Positions 26,300-36,154 of a stretch of 64,000 nucleotides of DNA are shown piece by piece. The position numbers and the translations under genes are program-made. Numbering within the stretch: position 1 is the stretch's first letter; each line of letters opens with the position of its first letter. The DNA comes from a virus, in the IMG/VR virus record IMGVR_UViG_3300047554_000255, positions 32,001 to 96,000 of that record. One strand, written 5' to 3'. The notes under the pieces are model-generated. The model saw only the letters and a list, made by a program, of their open reading frames with translations, ran no database searches and was not told the DNA's origin.

Positions 26300-29200
26300 T
26301 TACTGGTTATTTAATAAATCTCCTAATGTAACATTACTTTGTTGCTTTGGTGCAGCAGCAATTCTAAAATCTCTTAACCGCTTGTAGTTTTCTATTTTTT
26401 GCTTTTGAATATACTGATACAACTCTTCAGGAGCCATTTGAGCATATGATATGTTTTGCCAACTACCCTCAACAAACTCATTCTCCCCAGCAATAATTGT
26501 TTTACCATCTGGACCAACTTCCTGTCTTAAGTTTTTTTGATCTATCTTAATCATTACACCATCTCCAGTTGAGTTTTGTTTAAGGATGTATTTAAAACCA
26601 CCTACTTCATCCATTTGATTGCTCTTTAGAATCTCACCTTGAGTAAGAACCTTTGAGATATAACCAGCTTCTTGAACAGATGGTGCATTCTTTAACTTAA
26701 TACCATTAGCAAGGTTTACTTCAATACCTAAGCGACCAATAGCAGCAATCGACTTTTCATCTAATATACCACTACCTGACTTACTCTCTTCTTTTAAAAG
26801 CTCTTGCTTATACCCAATGATTACAGAAGGATTACCGTTTTTACCTATTGTTGTATAATCAACACGACCTAATGCATTACCACCATCTCTTGCTGTTGTA
26901 TTAAAGAAGGTGATAACTTTTTCTCTATCAGCACCAAGTTGTACTAAAGCATCAATGTTAGCAACACCGCCATTACCATCAGCTTGTTCAAAGTTACTAC
27001 CAGCTAAAGCTTCAGTAACTAATAACTGACCCTTATCTAAAGTATCACGCTTACCATCTGATGTATAAGTAGTAACCATACCTACTTTACCTAATCTATC
27101 AATATAGTATTTAGCGTTCGGTACAATCTCAGACTGAACAGATTTATACAAGGGAGCTAGTTTTGCAAAGTCATAATCATCTTTAAACTTTGAAATATAA
27201 CCGCTAACATTATACTCCTCACCAGTACTTTTTGATACTACATACTGTCTTCCAGAATGATAGTTTCCTGCTTTATCAGACCATGGTATATCATATTTAA
27301 CAACACCATCACCTGAATATAGCATAGATACTAGATCTTTAGTTGATATCTCCTTAGAACTAATACTATATTTTTTACTTGCAATAGATGTAAGTGTGGA
27401 AGGATCTAATACTTTATAATTACCAGGAGTTCCTGTTCTAATAGGAGCATACTTATCATTAGCAAGAGCCTTATTAACTAAATCTTTTTGCTCTTTACTC
27501 TGTAAGCCCCATTCATTTATAGCATCTCTTGATTGCTCTAACTCATTATATATATCTAACTCGTTATCAGTAGCTTTACCACTCTTGTACTTCTCACTAT
27601 ACTTATTATACATCCAAGATGTAATTGCATTAACTACACGAGTTGGTCCAGAAGCATAGTCATACTTAGCATCAGCAGGTATAATACCTTTTTCTTTTAG
27701 CTTTGTAAAAACCTCATCTTTGTATTTAGTTTTTGCAGAAGCAGGAGTAACACCATCAGCTGCACGTAATGACTTAACAAAATCAGTAGGTAATATACCT
27801 TGTAAATCTGCGTCTTTCTCTATAGCACTAAAGATACTGTTATATGCTGAGTAACGCTGCTTTGTAACATTATCAACATATACTTCATAAGCATTAGCTT
27901 TTGTGATCTGAGCTTGAGTATTGATACCAGTAACCATTGGTGTATCAAACTGAGTCTTTCCTTTTCCTTCTGGAGTAGTATCTTGACCGTTTAATGTAGC
28001 ATTATTACTACCACCTCCAAAACTAATCTGTGGACTACCATCAGGACCAACACCAAGAATAGCTTTACCTGTCCCACTAAAAGGATATTCTCCTCTTGCA
28101 ACAGCTTTTGTAAACTCAAACTGTGCTTTCTTAAGATCAAGATCTTCAAGCTTTACTCTTAAATCATCAGTTGCAAAAAAAGCATCGTTCTTCTTAACAT
28201 CTTGTTTAATATTAGAAGCTAATGCATTTGCTATATCGTTAATCTTCTTCATCTTACCATACTGGGTAAAATAAACAGGACCGTTTGCTGTAACACCTCT
28301 AAGATTAGAATCGTAGTTTTTATCAATATCTGTTAAACGTTCATCATAATCTGAGATCTGTTTGCCATATTGTTTTTTAGCTTCTTCTAGTTCCCTATAC
28401 TTCTGCATTAAAGCTGCAGAGTTATTCGGAGTTACTTTAGTTTTCTTAAGCTCTTCTAACTGTGAATCAATACCAGCAATGTTTGCGGTAAGTTCTACTT
28501 TACCACTCTCATAAGTCTTTCTTGTATCTGCAAGATAATCTTTACCGATCATCTGTTTTGCTTCTATCTCAGATACTCCAAACTGATTCATCTTCTCTTT
28601 TACAGAACGCTCATGAGCAACTGTCATCTCCATTCGTAGATAGTCATCATACTCTGGCTTCCAGTTAGCTTGCATAAAGTTCTTGTAAGATTGTAATGAC
28701 TTAACACCATTTGTTGTGGTTACAATCTGTGGACCAGATGCATCAACTGTTTGTATTTCAAATCCATACTCCTTACGTAGTTTTTCCATATCCCCAGCAA
28801 TATTCTGAGCTCTAATAAAACGACGCTGTTGTACTTTTGCAAAGTCTTCTTCAGTTCTATTTGCTGTACGTAAAGGATCTAAACCGTTCTGAATATACTG
28901 AATAGCAGTATCACTATACGTAGCTCTAATCTTTTCGTCTGTTGAATCTCTTGCAGCAAATGCTTTACTTATTTCAGACTGAGCTTGTTTAGTATAAGCC
29001 ATGTCTTTTAACATAAACTTATCTTGCCAGAATGGAGCAAATACAGACTGAGCCTCATCAACGTTTCTACCTTCAGATAAATCCATACTAGATATATCTT
29101 TAAGACGTTGCTGTGCTTGCTGTAAGTATTGAGTTCTTAAGACTTCGTTATTCTGATTAGTTAATGGAGCATTGACAATAGAATCGTTTGCAGCTTTTAT

Positions 29201-29332
29201 TTGATTAAAGCCTTGCTCATACATAGCTGACCTCCGTTGTAACAACGTGCCTATTGCTCCAAAGTCTGGAGTAAATAAAGGAAGAGGAGCTATTGCGTTA
29301 TTCCCTGAAGGATATGGATTTACTGATGCCAT
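26300..29332 (-). CDS. virion cargo/ejection protein
   Basis: 1010 aa with a coiled-coil N-half and no Cys. It lies between the cargo genes and the giant trio, as in crAss-like phages. Confidence 0.65.
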   Translation of the reverse strand: MASVNPYPSGNNAIAPLPLFTPDFGAIGTLLQRRSAMYEQGFNQIKAANDSIVNAPLTNQNNEVLRTQYLQQAQQRLKDISSMDLSEGRNVDEAQSVFAPFWQDKFMLKDMAYTKQAQSEISKAFAARDSTDEKIRATYSDTAIQYIQNGLDPLRTANRTEEDFAKVQQRRFIRAQNIAGDMEKLRKEYGFEIQTVDASGPQIVTTTNGVKSLQSYKNFMQANWKPEYDDYLRMEMTVAHERSVKEKMNQFGVSEIEAKQMIGKDYLADTRKTYESGKVELTANIAGIDSQLEELKKTKVTPNNSAALMQKYRELEEAKKQYGKQISDYDERLTDIDKNYDSNLRGVTANGPVYFTQYGKMKKINDIANALASNIKQDVKKNDAFFATDDLRVKLEDLDLKKAQFEFTKAVARGEYPFSGTGKAILGVGPDGSPQISFGGGSNNATLNGQDTTPEGKGKTQFDTPMVTGINTQAQITKANAYEVYVDNVTKQRYSAYNSIFSAIEKDADLQGILPTDFVKSLRAADGVTPASAKTKYKDEVFTKLKEKGIIPADAKYDYASGPTRVVNAITSWMYNKYSEKYKSGKATDNELDIYNELEQSRDAINEWGLQSKEQKDLVNKALANDKYAPIRTGTPGNYKVLDPSTLTSIASKKYSISSKEISTKDLVSMLYSGDGVVKYDIPWSDKAGNYHSGRQYVVSKSTGEEYNVSGYISKFKDDYDFAKLAPLYKSVQSEIVPNAKYYIDRLGKVGMVTTYTSDGKRDTLDKGQLLVTEALAGSNFEQADGNGGVANIDALVQLGADREKVITFFNTTARDGGNALGRVDYTTIGKNGNPSVIIGYKQELLKEESKSGSGILDEKSIAAIGRLGIEVNLANGIKLKNAPSVQEAGYISKVLTQGEILKSNQMDEVGGFKYILKQNSTGDGVMIKIDQKNLRQEVGPDGKTIIAGENEFVEGSWQNISYAQMAPEELYQYIQKQKIENYKRLRDFRIAAAPKQQSNVTLGDLLNNQ

Positions 29333-29334
29333 AG

Positions 29335-29350
29335 TACATTAATAATATAC
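29335..29350 (-). promoter_or_regulatory. putative phage late promoter GTATATTATTAATGTA
   Basis: Variant of the motif repeated in - strand intergenic regions (see findings). Confidence 0.6.
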
Positions 29351-29388
29351 ACAAAAATATGTTAAGTTTAAACTTAAACTTATTGGGT

Positions 29389-32300
29389 TTAACGTTGCCC
29401 GAACATTGCTAAGAATGGATTAACAGCACCCATCATACTTGCTACTTGCTTGTCTGGATACCCATCGTAGTTACTATCTGTTGTAGTTCTAGTTGATTTA
29501 CCAGATAACTGTGATTCTGCCCACTTCTCAGCCATTGCTTGAGGCATACCTAATGTTTTAGTTGCATAAGCTAACAAATCAGGATATGTATTCATACCTG
29601 CAGCAGAACTACCAGTTGTTGAGTTAAAAGGATTCTTACCACCTTTAAATGTAGATCTACCAGTAATAGGATCCATTGCAAAGTATGGATTAGATCTATT
29701 AACCATATCAAGCATAGCTCTATTCATAAATGCATTCTGATATGCAGCTAATGTTTGCTTATCAGCAGCATCTCTCATTGAGAAGTTCTCTAAGTTATAC
29801 TTATTAACCATCTCACCTAACATATTAGCAGCTTGTGCTCTTTGTGCTAAGTTTTGATTCTCAAGGGCAGTGTTTGTAGCATTAACTTGATTAGCAATAC
29901 CAACGTTCTGCATGTTTGTTGCAGCACCAATATTTGATATAGCTTCTAGTTGCTTACCTGCTATTTGACTAGCTCCTGCAAGATTAGCTTGTGGTCTACC
30001 AAATGTACGTAAGCCTTGGTTCTGCATGTTTGCTTGTTCAGCAACTGCAGCATACTGTCTTGTAGGATCAGCAAATGCAGCTTCTTGTTTTACATAATCA
30101 GGAGCTTGAACAAACGGAGTCATTGTTGGAACACCAGCTCTTGTAAATAAAGATTGTAGCATTGCTAACTTATCTGGTGTCATATAAGAAAATCTATCAG
30201 CAGATTGCTTTTTAGCTACTTGTTTTACTGAAGCTTGCTTAGCTGCTACTGGTGCTGTTTCTTCAGGTCCCATTTGAGCTTCGTCATCACCTGTCCAATA
30301 AGATACAGGTTTTGTTTGTCCAATAACTGGTTGTTGAATATTAACTGGAAGACCTGGCTTCTTTAAAGGAAGCTTATTATAAGGAGTTAATGAAGGAGTA
30401 CTATACGTTAACTCACCAAACTTATCATCTGTAGCAAGAGGAGAAAGACCCGCTGCTATCAACTGTGGATTAACATACTCTTGGAAAGCTCTTGTAGCAC
30501 CAGGTATTCTTGGATCCCATGTTGGAGCGTTTTGGAAGAACTCTGGGAATCTTTGCTTAAAGTCTGCTTGATGTGCAGCATCCCACCAGTTCTCTTCTCC
30601 GTATACACCAGCTTTAGTTTTTGATTGCATTACAGGAACTGATCCTGGAGTACGTGCGTTCAACGGCATGCCAACATTATAGTTTGGCATCAATGAACTA
30701 AGAGTAGCTTGATCTTGTGGAGAATAAACTGGAACTCTCTGTACTTGACCTGCTGTTTGATATTCAACAAGACCACCATCTTCTTTTGCAAAGTTTCTAG
30801 CAAAGTTAGCTTTCTTAACCATCTCTGGTGAATACTCATCTTTATTTGCTAAGATGTGTGCAGCAGCTTCTTGAGTGCTCATACCCATGCGTGTAGCTTG
30901 AGCTTTGAATGTACCTTTCTTTGATGGATCTAAATGAATACCACCATAAGCCATATTAGATGTAATCTTTTCTTGAACGTAATCTGGTAAAGCTTTGAAG
31001 CCTGGATTATTAATACCACCTTCTTGATACCATGCATTACCTGAGAATGTTGAACCACCACGCTTTTGATACTCCATAGCTTCAGGTGATTGTTCCATAC
31101 CTTGCGGTTCTTGCATTCCTTGTAACTGTTCTGCAATCTCTGGAGGTAAAGCCATCATAGCAGCTTGAGGGATACCTTGAGGGAACCCTTTCTTTGCTTC
31201 TTGAGCTAACGCTAACTGGGCAAGCTTTAACTTGTTGTTGTTCATCATCATCTCAGCAGTACGTTTCTGATACTGATCTGCATTTGGATCTGCTAAGATA
31301 GCTTTATATTTGTTTATTTCATACTGTTTAGCTAAATCAGCAGGAGTATATCCTTTGCTTGAACCAACAGATTTACCAAACTGAGCTAAAGCTTGACCTT
31401 TTAACTTCATGCTTTTTGTATCAGAATAGATAAATGTACCTGGTTGTAAGTTTAATGGAGTACCACCTTGCGAGTGACGCTTACCGCCAATCTTTGAGTG
31501 TTCCATCTCACCATCGTTATCTAAGTCACCATACGCAGTTTCACCACGTTCAGCTTCTAAGTTTGCCATATCTCTTGGTACAGCTTGTAAGGTATCTTTA
31601 ACAACATATGGATCTGGTTGACCCATCTCATTATCAATAACACGAGAACCAAGATCTAAACCAAGACCAGATTGTCCACCGTAAGCCATCATCTCACCGC
31701 CTTCTTCTCTACCAAAGATATTCTGTGGCATATAGAAAGGACGCTTTGAATCCCAACCATCACCCATCTGATCACCAGGTATTCTGTTACGAGTCCAGTT
31801 TGGCATATTAGTAACTACAGGTGTTTGCTTCTTACCTTTTTTTGCAGGTAAGTTTGGATAAAATACAGGACCTTGGATTATTGATTCCCAAACAGATGGA
31901 GCATCATCCCAACCATCTCCATAGTTTGCAGCACCAACAAAAGGTTGTGGGATATATCTAATACCGCTTGCAGGAAGTGGTCCTTGATCTTCCCAAGAAT
32001 TATCAGGTGCTGCTGGTAACGTAGAACGTTTGCTTTTTTTGACTGGTGCTTTACCCCAGCTATCATCATTATTAGTAGCAGGTGCAATATTACCAGGAGC
32101 TCCAAAAGGTTGAGGTATATATCTCATACCACTAGCAGGAGAAGGCATTGGTGTATTCCAAGAAGGATCTGTTGCTGTTGGCAAGCCAGATCTTTTATTT
32201 TTGGATTGAGGAGCTGCTTGTTCTTTTAATAAAGAAGATAAGTCTTTTTGATTTTTAAGCATCTCAAGCATCTGAAGATTTTGCTCTGCCGTACCCTTAT

Positions 32301-32535
32301 AGTTTTTAATCCCAAGGTTCTGAGCTATCTTCTTGCGAGATTGGTAGTCAGCATTAGCTGCTTGACCATGAGCCGCTAAATAGTCATACACCGAAGGATT
32401 AGCTATTGCTTTTGGATATGCAGATTCAATACCTGCTGCTTGAGCCAATAGCTCTTCTTGAGTAAACATCGGCTGACCACCAGCTTGATACTGACGTGGC
32501 TGATTAAGCGTAACTCTTACTTTATACTTCTTCAT
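29389..32535 (-). CDS. modular virion cargo protein with xxxGG-delimited modules
   Basis: 1048 aa with no Cys. It has a DUF3597-like segment (SRKKIAQNLGIKNYKGTAEQN), an EAERGE...HSQGG domain, an IHLDPSKKGTF...KANFARNF module and many [YMK]xxGG motifs. Confidence 0.65.
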   Translation of the reverse strand: MKKYKVRVTLNQPRQYQAGGQPMFTQEELLAQAAGIESAYPKAIANPSVYDYLAAHGQAANADYQSRKKIAQNLGIKNYKGTAEQNLQMLEMLKNQKDLSSLLKEQAAPQSKNKRSGLPTATDPSWNTPMPSPASGMRYIPQPFGAPGNIAPATNNDDSWGKAPVKKSKRSTLPAAPDNSWEDQGPLPASGIRYIPQPFVGAANYGDGWDDAPSVWESIIQGPVFYPNLPAKKGKKQTPVVTNMPNWTRNRIPGDQMGDGWDSKRPFYMPQNIFGREEGGEMMAYGGQSGLGLDLGSRVIDNEMGQPDPYVVKDTLQAVPRDMANLEAERGETAYGDLDNDGEMEHSKIGGKRHSQGGTPLNLQPGTFIYSDTKSMKLKGQALAQFGKSVGSSKGYTPADLAKQYEINKYKAILADPNADQYQKRTAEMMMNNNKLKLAQLALAQEAKKGFPQGIPQAAMMALPPEIAEQLQGMQEPQGMEQSPEAMEYQKRGGSTFSGNAWYQEGGINNPGFKALPDYVQEKITSNMAYGGIHLDPSKKGTFKAQATRMGMSTQEAAAHILANKDEYSPEMVKKANFARNFAKEDGGLVEYQTAGQVQRVPVYSPQDQATLSSLMPNYNVGMPLNARTPGSVPVMQSKTKAGVYGEENWWDAAHQADFKQRFPEFFQNAPTWDPRIPGATRAFQEYVNPQLIAAGLSPLATDDKFGELTYSTPSLTPYNKLPLKKPGLPVNIQQPVIGQTKPVSYWTGDDEAQMGPEETAPVAAKQASVKQVAKKQSADRFSYMTPDKLAMLQSLFTRAGVPTMTPFVQAPDYVKQEAAFADPTRQYAAVAEQANMQNQGLRTFGRPQANLAGASQIAGKQLEAISNIGAATNMQNVGIANQVNATNTALENQNLAQRAQAANMLGEMVNKYNLENFSMRDAADKQTLAAYQNAFMNRAMLDMVNRSNPYFAMDPITGRSTFKGGKNPFNSTTGSSAAGMNTYPDLLAYATKTLGMPQAMAEKWAESQLSGKSTRTTTDSNYDGYPDKQVASMMGAVNPFLAMFGQR

Positions 32536-32548
32536 AATAATATAGTAT

Positions 32549-32564
32549 CTACTCTATAATTTAC
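32549..32564 (-). promoter_or_regulatory. putative phage late promoter GTAAATTATAGAGTAG
   Basis: Variant of the repeated intergenic motif. Confidence 0.55.
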
Positions 32565-32602
32565 TAAAATATTGCTAGTTTAACAAGCTAAACTTCAAGG
32601 GT

Positions 32603-35600
32603 TTAACAGAACTCTACTTTACCACCCATAGCTTTAATCTGCTGTATCTCTTCCATAGTAAGTTCCATCTCACCGCCAAACTGTGATTTACTAAGTGCTT
32701 TCTTATAACTGTTTAGGTTCTTATTAAAGTTTTGACCCCATGTCATTCTATTACCATAGTCTGCTCTTGGGATTTGATTCATTACAGTCATATCTCCTTT
32801 TGCTGCTCTTGAAGCAAACTCAGGATAGTACCATGCACCTAAAGCGTAGACACCATAGTTCTTAATATGATCAACAGCAAGTGATCTAGCAGCTTGATAC
32901 TCAACTTGTGGATCTTTATCAAAGGCTGCTTTAAACGCATTAAACGTTGGGAAGGCATCATTAAACTGATCTTTCTTGTAAATCTGCTTAAGAGTACCAT
33001 CAGTGATTTGGAATGTACCTGAAGCACTAGCTCTCTTACCACCATCTCCAATAAGTTTAGTACGCATACCAACTTTTGATTGTCCTTTCTTTGAACCAGA
33101 TTCTGTACCAGCAATAGCTTCAAGCATCTTATCTGGATCTAATTCTAAACCAGCAACATCAGCAGCAGGTGTTACGTTATATGATTCAGGACTTGCAGGT
33201 GTTGCCACTTCAGGGGATTTTGTTGCTGGCATATCAAAAGCAGCATAGTTTAAATCTGGTGTAAGATTAGGAACCATTGTTGGTGCCATACCTAAAGCAA
33301 CATCAAGACTTGTTAAACCACCATCAGCAAAGAAACCAGGAACACTCATTTGATCTGGTTTGTATAAACCATATGAGCTTGGTCCTTGAGAGTAATCTCC
33401 ACGATTCATTATTGAATCATACTGTTGATTCCATGTAGCATTCTGAGAACGTAACATCTGACGGTTTGCTTCTTCTCTTTTTGCTTGTGCATTAAGATTA
33501 GCTCCACCAATAAATGTGTTAAGTGCAAAGAAAGGATTAAGCATAGGATTAGACTTCTGCTGTTTTTTTTGATCAGTTGTTGTAGCAGTAGCTGCTGTAT
33601 TCTCTTTTAATATCTTACTCTTCATCTGACCTGCAATACCTGCCCCTTCTTGAGATACTGCATCATATACACCAAATGGATTTGTATCAGATGGCATTTG
33701 TGCTTGAGCATCAGCTGCTTCTTGTGCTGGATTAAGATTAGGGAAGAATGGGTTTTGTTTACCAACTTGTGCTTTTAATAAACCACCTTTCTTTTTATAA
33801 GCTAAGCGTTGTACCATCTCGTTATAAGCAGTACCACCTTGTTGCTTTATAAACTTAGCTTTGAAGTCATTAAACGCATCTGCTACAGAACCAGTAACAC
33901 TATTAAAAGTACTAGCTGCTCTATCCATAAGACCAGGCTCACCCATTGCATTAACAACGTTATACTTTGATATACCAGGTAAAGCAATACCATCTTTTGG
34001 ATCATCAATAACATAGAATGCAGGATGATCTTTACTTGATGCTGTACCATGATACATCATACCGTCGCCAAAATAACCAATATGTTCATGACCAGCATTA
34101 TTGCCAGCATACAGCATGCGGTTAGCATAGTCTCTACTATCATTAGCTTCAGCCGTAGTTTTAGCCATCTTACCATCAAAGTTATCTTTACGATTAAGAC
34201 CAACTAATACACCAGATAGTTGTTTAACTTCTTCTGGAAACCCATAACTTCTTGGATTATGTAACGGTTTACCTGCCTCTAGTTCTTCTTTATACCCTGG
34301 GTTAACGTATAGTTCAGGAATGTTACCTCTATATCCCCAAGCATTATTTCTACCAAAGTCATATCCTTTTGCATCGCCAATCTGTCTTGCAATATCAGCA
34401 CATCCTTTCGCGGTACAAACAAACTTAGAACCAGGATACATCTTGTTTAGCTCTTCAGCTTTTGCAATACCTTCAGCATCTAATGCGTTATAACCATACT
34501 CTGATAGATCAATGTATCCTTTCTTTGGTTTAATAACTTGACCAGCTGTTTGATACTTCTGCATGCCACCATACTTTAACTCTGACATCTCTAAGAACTT
34601 CTGTTGATTGTAAGCTACGTCATCACGTCTAAAATCAGACATCATCTGCTTAGCAATCTCAGCACGGTTTTGTGGATCTCTTACTTGTGATAAGATATCA
34701 GCAATACCTTCTACCATCTCGCGTTCATTACGTGTCTGACCACCTTCAGCAAATGGTAAAAACTTATTACCTGGTAGTTGCTGTATTGCTTGATAAGCAT
34801 CTGAGCCTCTACCAGCTGTTCCAATAGCATCAATAGTTTTTGAAAGAGTTGCATTCTTTGGTAAAGCATTATATAATACTTTATCTAAGCCTTTATATTT
34901 TTTAAGATGAATACCCGCTTTAGTTAACTTTCCTAGTTTTCCTAATAAAGGTAAAGCTCCAGCTATTTCAATACCTGTTTCATACCACTTAGAGTTTGGA
35001 TCTACTGCGGAACGATATACATCATCCCAAGAAGTAATTCCTGTTGGGTCAAATACCTCTGCAATATTTTCAAGAGTAGAATCAGTCTGACCTCCATCTT
35101 GCCAAGTAGCTCTAGCAAAAGCTCTGAAGTAAGGATTAGCATCTAAGTTCTTTTTATGACGTGCATAGAAAGCTGCTTTACGTTCTGGATCTTTTGGATG
35201 TTGTCCTAACTTAGAATCACCAAAGTATTTAACTGTACCATCTGGACCAGTTACTTTGTGTGTCTTACCTTTTCTATCAGAGCTTCTTGTAACAGTATAA
35301 CCACCGCTACCAAACTCAGGCATATATCCACCAAAGCTCATCTCTGATAATATCTTATGTTGAACATAGTCAGGCAGTGCTTGAAAACCAGGATTGTTTG
35401 TACCACCCTGACCCATAACTTCCATACCATATTGACCTTTTCTCCAGCCTCCACCATGTGACTTATACCACTTAGCAGCAAATCCATTAGCATAAGCAGA
35501 TGGATATACATCATACTTAGCTTTAGCTGCTGCCTTAGCTCTTGACCATAATGCTGGGTTAGTAGGAACGTTTCCGCCTTTTGCCATTAGTTCTGTTGGG

Positions 35601-36154
35601 TAATCGTAGTTATAATCCATTATATCTCCACCGTATTGTTTTCTTCTATGTTGATAGTTAATACGCTCACTAGAAGTTTTTGATCTCTTAAACTTTTCAC
35701 GTTCAGCACTTGATAACTCACTTGCTGTTTTTGGTGTATCTTCACTTACTCTTTTTGAAGGACGACATGCTGGATAACCTGCTCTGCTTTCACCTTCTTG
35801 TCTACCGCAAGGTTTACCAGTCTTAACATCAACCCACTTCTCTGCAAACCATCTATCTAATCCACCGTGCTGACCACCCTTAGCCATCTCAGCATATTCA
35901 TCCATAAAAGGATACTCCATAACACTACTAGCACCAGGATAAGAATATTGCTGATTAGGATACATCATCTGAGGTTGTCCAACATTAGGAACACCTAACA
36001 CAGGATAGCTAACACCATCCATCGTAATGTTATTAGAAGGGATGTTTGTTACCTCACCAGGATGTTGCCATTGATTCTTTGGAACCTTTGGCTTACTTGG
36101 TTTTTTGTTTAGATCCTTTGTAATCTGTGTTAATAATGATCTGTTAAAACTCAT
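32603..36154 (-). CDS. modular virion protein: small xxxGG-delimited domains + NlpC/P60-like region + lysozyme-like/lytic transglycosylase domain
   Basis: 1183 aa. AIAGTESG...ASGTFQIT...ALGAWY is a lysozyme-fold motif set. GCAD...NAW...HIG resembles NlpC/P60 or CHAP. About 15 xxxGG motifs. Confidence 0.65.
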   Translation of the reverse strand: MSFNRSLLTQITKDLNKKPSKPKVPKNQWQHPGEVTNIPSNNITMDGVSYPVLGVPNVGQPQMMYPNQQYSYPGASSVMEYPFMDEYAEMAKGGQHGGLDRWFAEKWVDVKTGKPCGRQEGESRAGYPACRPSKRVSEDTPKTASELSSAEREKFKRSKTSSERINYQHRRKQYGGDIMDYNYDYPTELMAKGGNVPTNPALWSRAKAAAKAKYDVYPSAYANGFAAKWYKSHGGGWRKGQYGMEVMGQGGTNNPGFQALPDYVQHKILSEMSFGGYMPEFGSGGYTVTRSSDRKGKTHKVTGPDGTVKYFGDSKLGQHPKDPERKAAFYARHKKNLDANPYFRAFARATWQDGGQTDSTLENIAEVFDPTGITSWDDVYRSAVDPNSKWYETGIEIAGALPLLGKLGKLTKAGIHLKKYKGLDKVLYNALPKNATLSKTIDAIGTAGRGSDAYQAIQQLPGNKFLPFAEGGQTRNEREMVEGIADILSQVRDPQNRAEIAKQMMSDFRRDDVAYNQQKFLEMSELKYGGMQKYQTAGQVIKPKKGYIDLSEYGYNALDAEGIAKAEELNKMYPGSKFVCTAKGCADIARQIGDAKGYDFGRNNAWGYRGNIPELYVNPGYKEELEAGKPLHNPRSYGFPEEVKQLSGVLVGLNRKDNFDGKMAKTTAEANDSRDYANRMLYAGNNAGHEHIGYFGDGMMYHGTASSKDHPAFYVIDDPKDGIALPGISKYNVVNAMGEPGLMDRAASTFNSVTGSVADAFNDFKAKFIKQQGGTAYNEMVQRLAYKKKGGLLKAQVGKQNPFFPNLNPAQEAADAQAQMPSDTNPFGVYDAVSQEGAGIAGQMKSKILKENTAATATTTDQKKQQKSNPMLNPFFALNTFIGGANLNAQAKREEANRQMLRSQNATWNQQYDSIMNRGDYSQGPSSYGLYKPDQMSVPGFFADGGLTSLDVALGMAPTMVPNLTPDLNYAAFDMPATKSPEVATPASPESYNVTPAADVAGLELDPDKMLEAIAGTESGSKKGQSKVGMRTKLIGDGGKRASASGTFQITDGTLKQIYKKDQFNDAFPTFNAFKAAFDKDPQVEYQAARSLAVDHIKNYGVYALGAWYYPEFASRAAKGDMTVMNQIPRADYGNRMTWGQNFNKNLNSYKKALSKSQFGGEMELTMEEIQQIKAMGGKVEFC

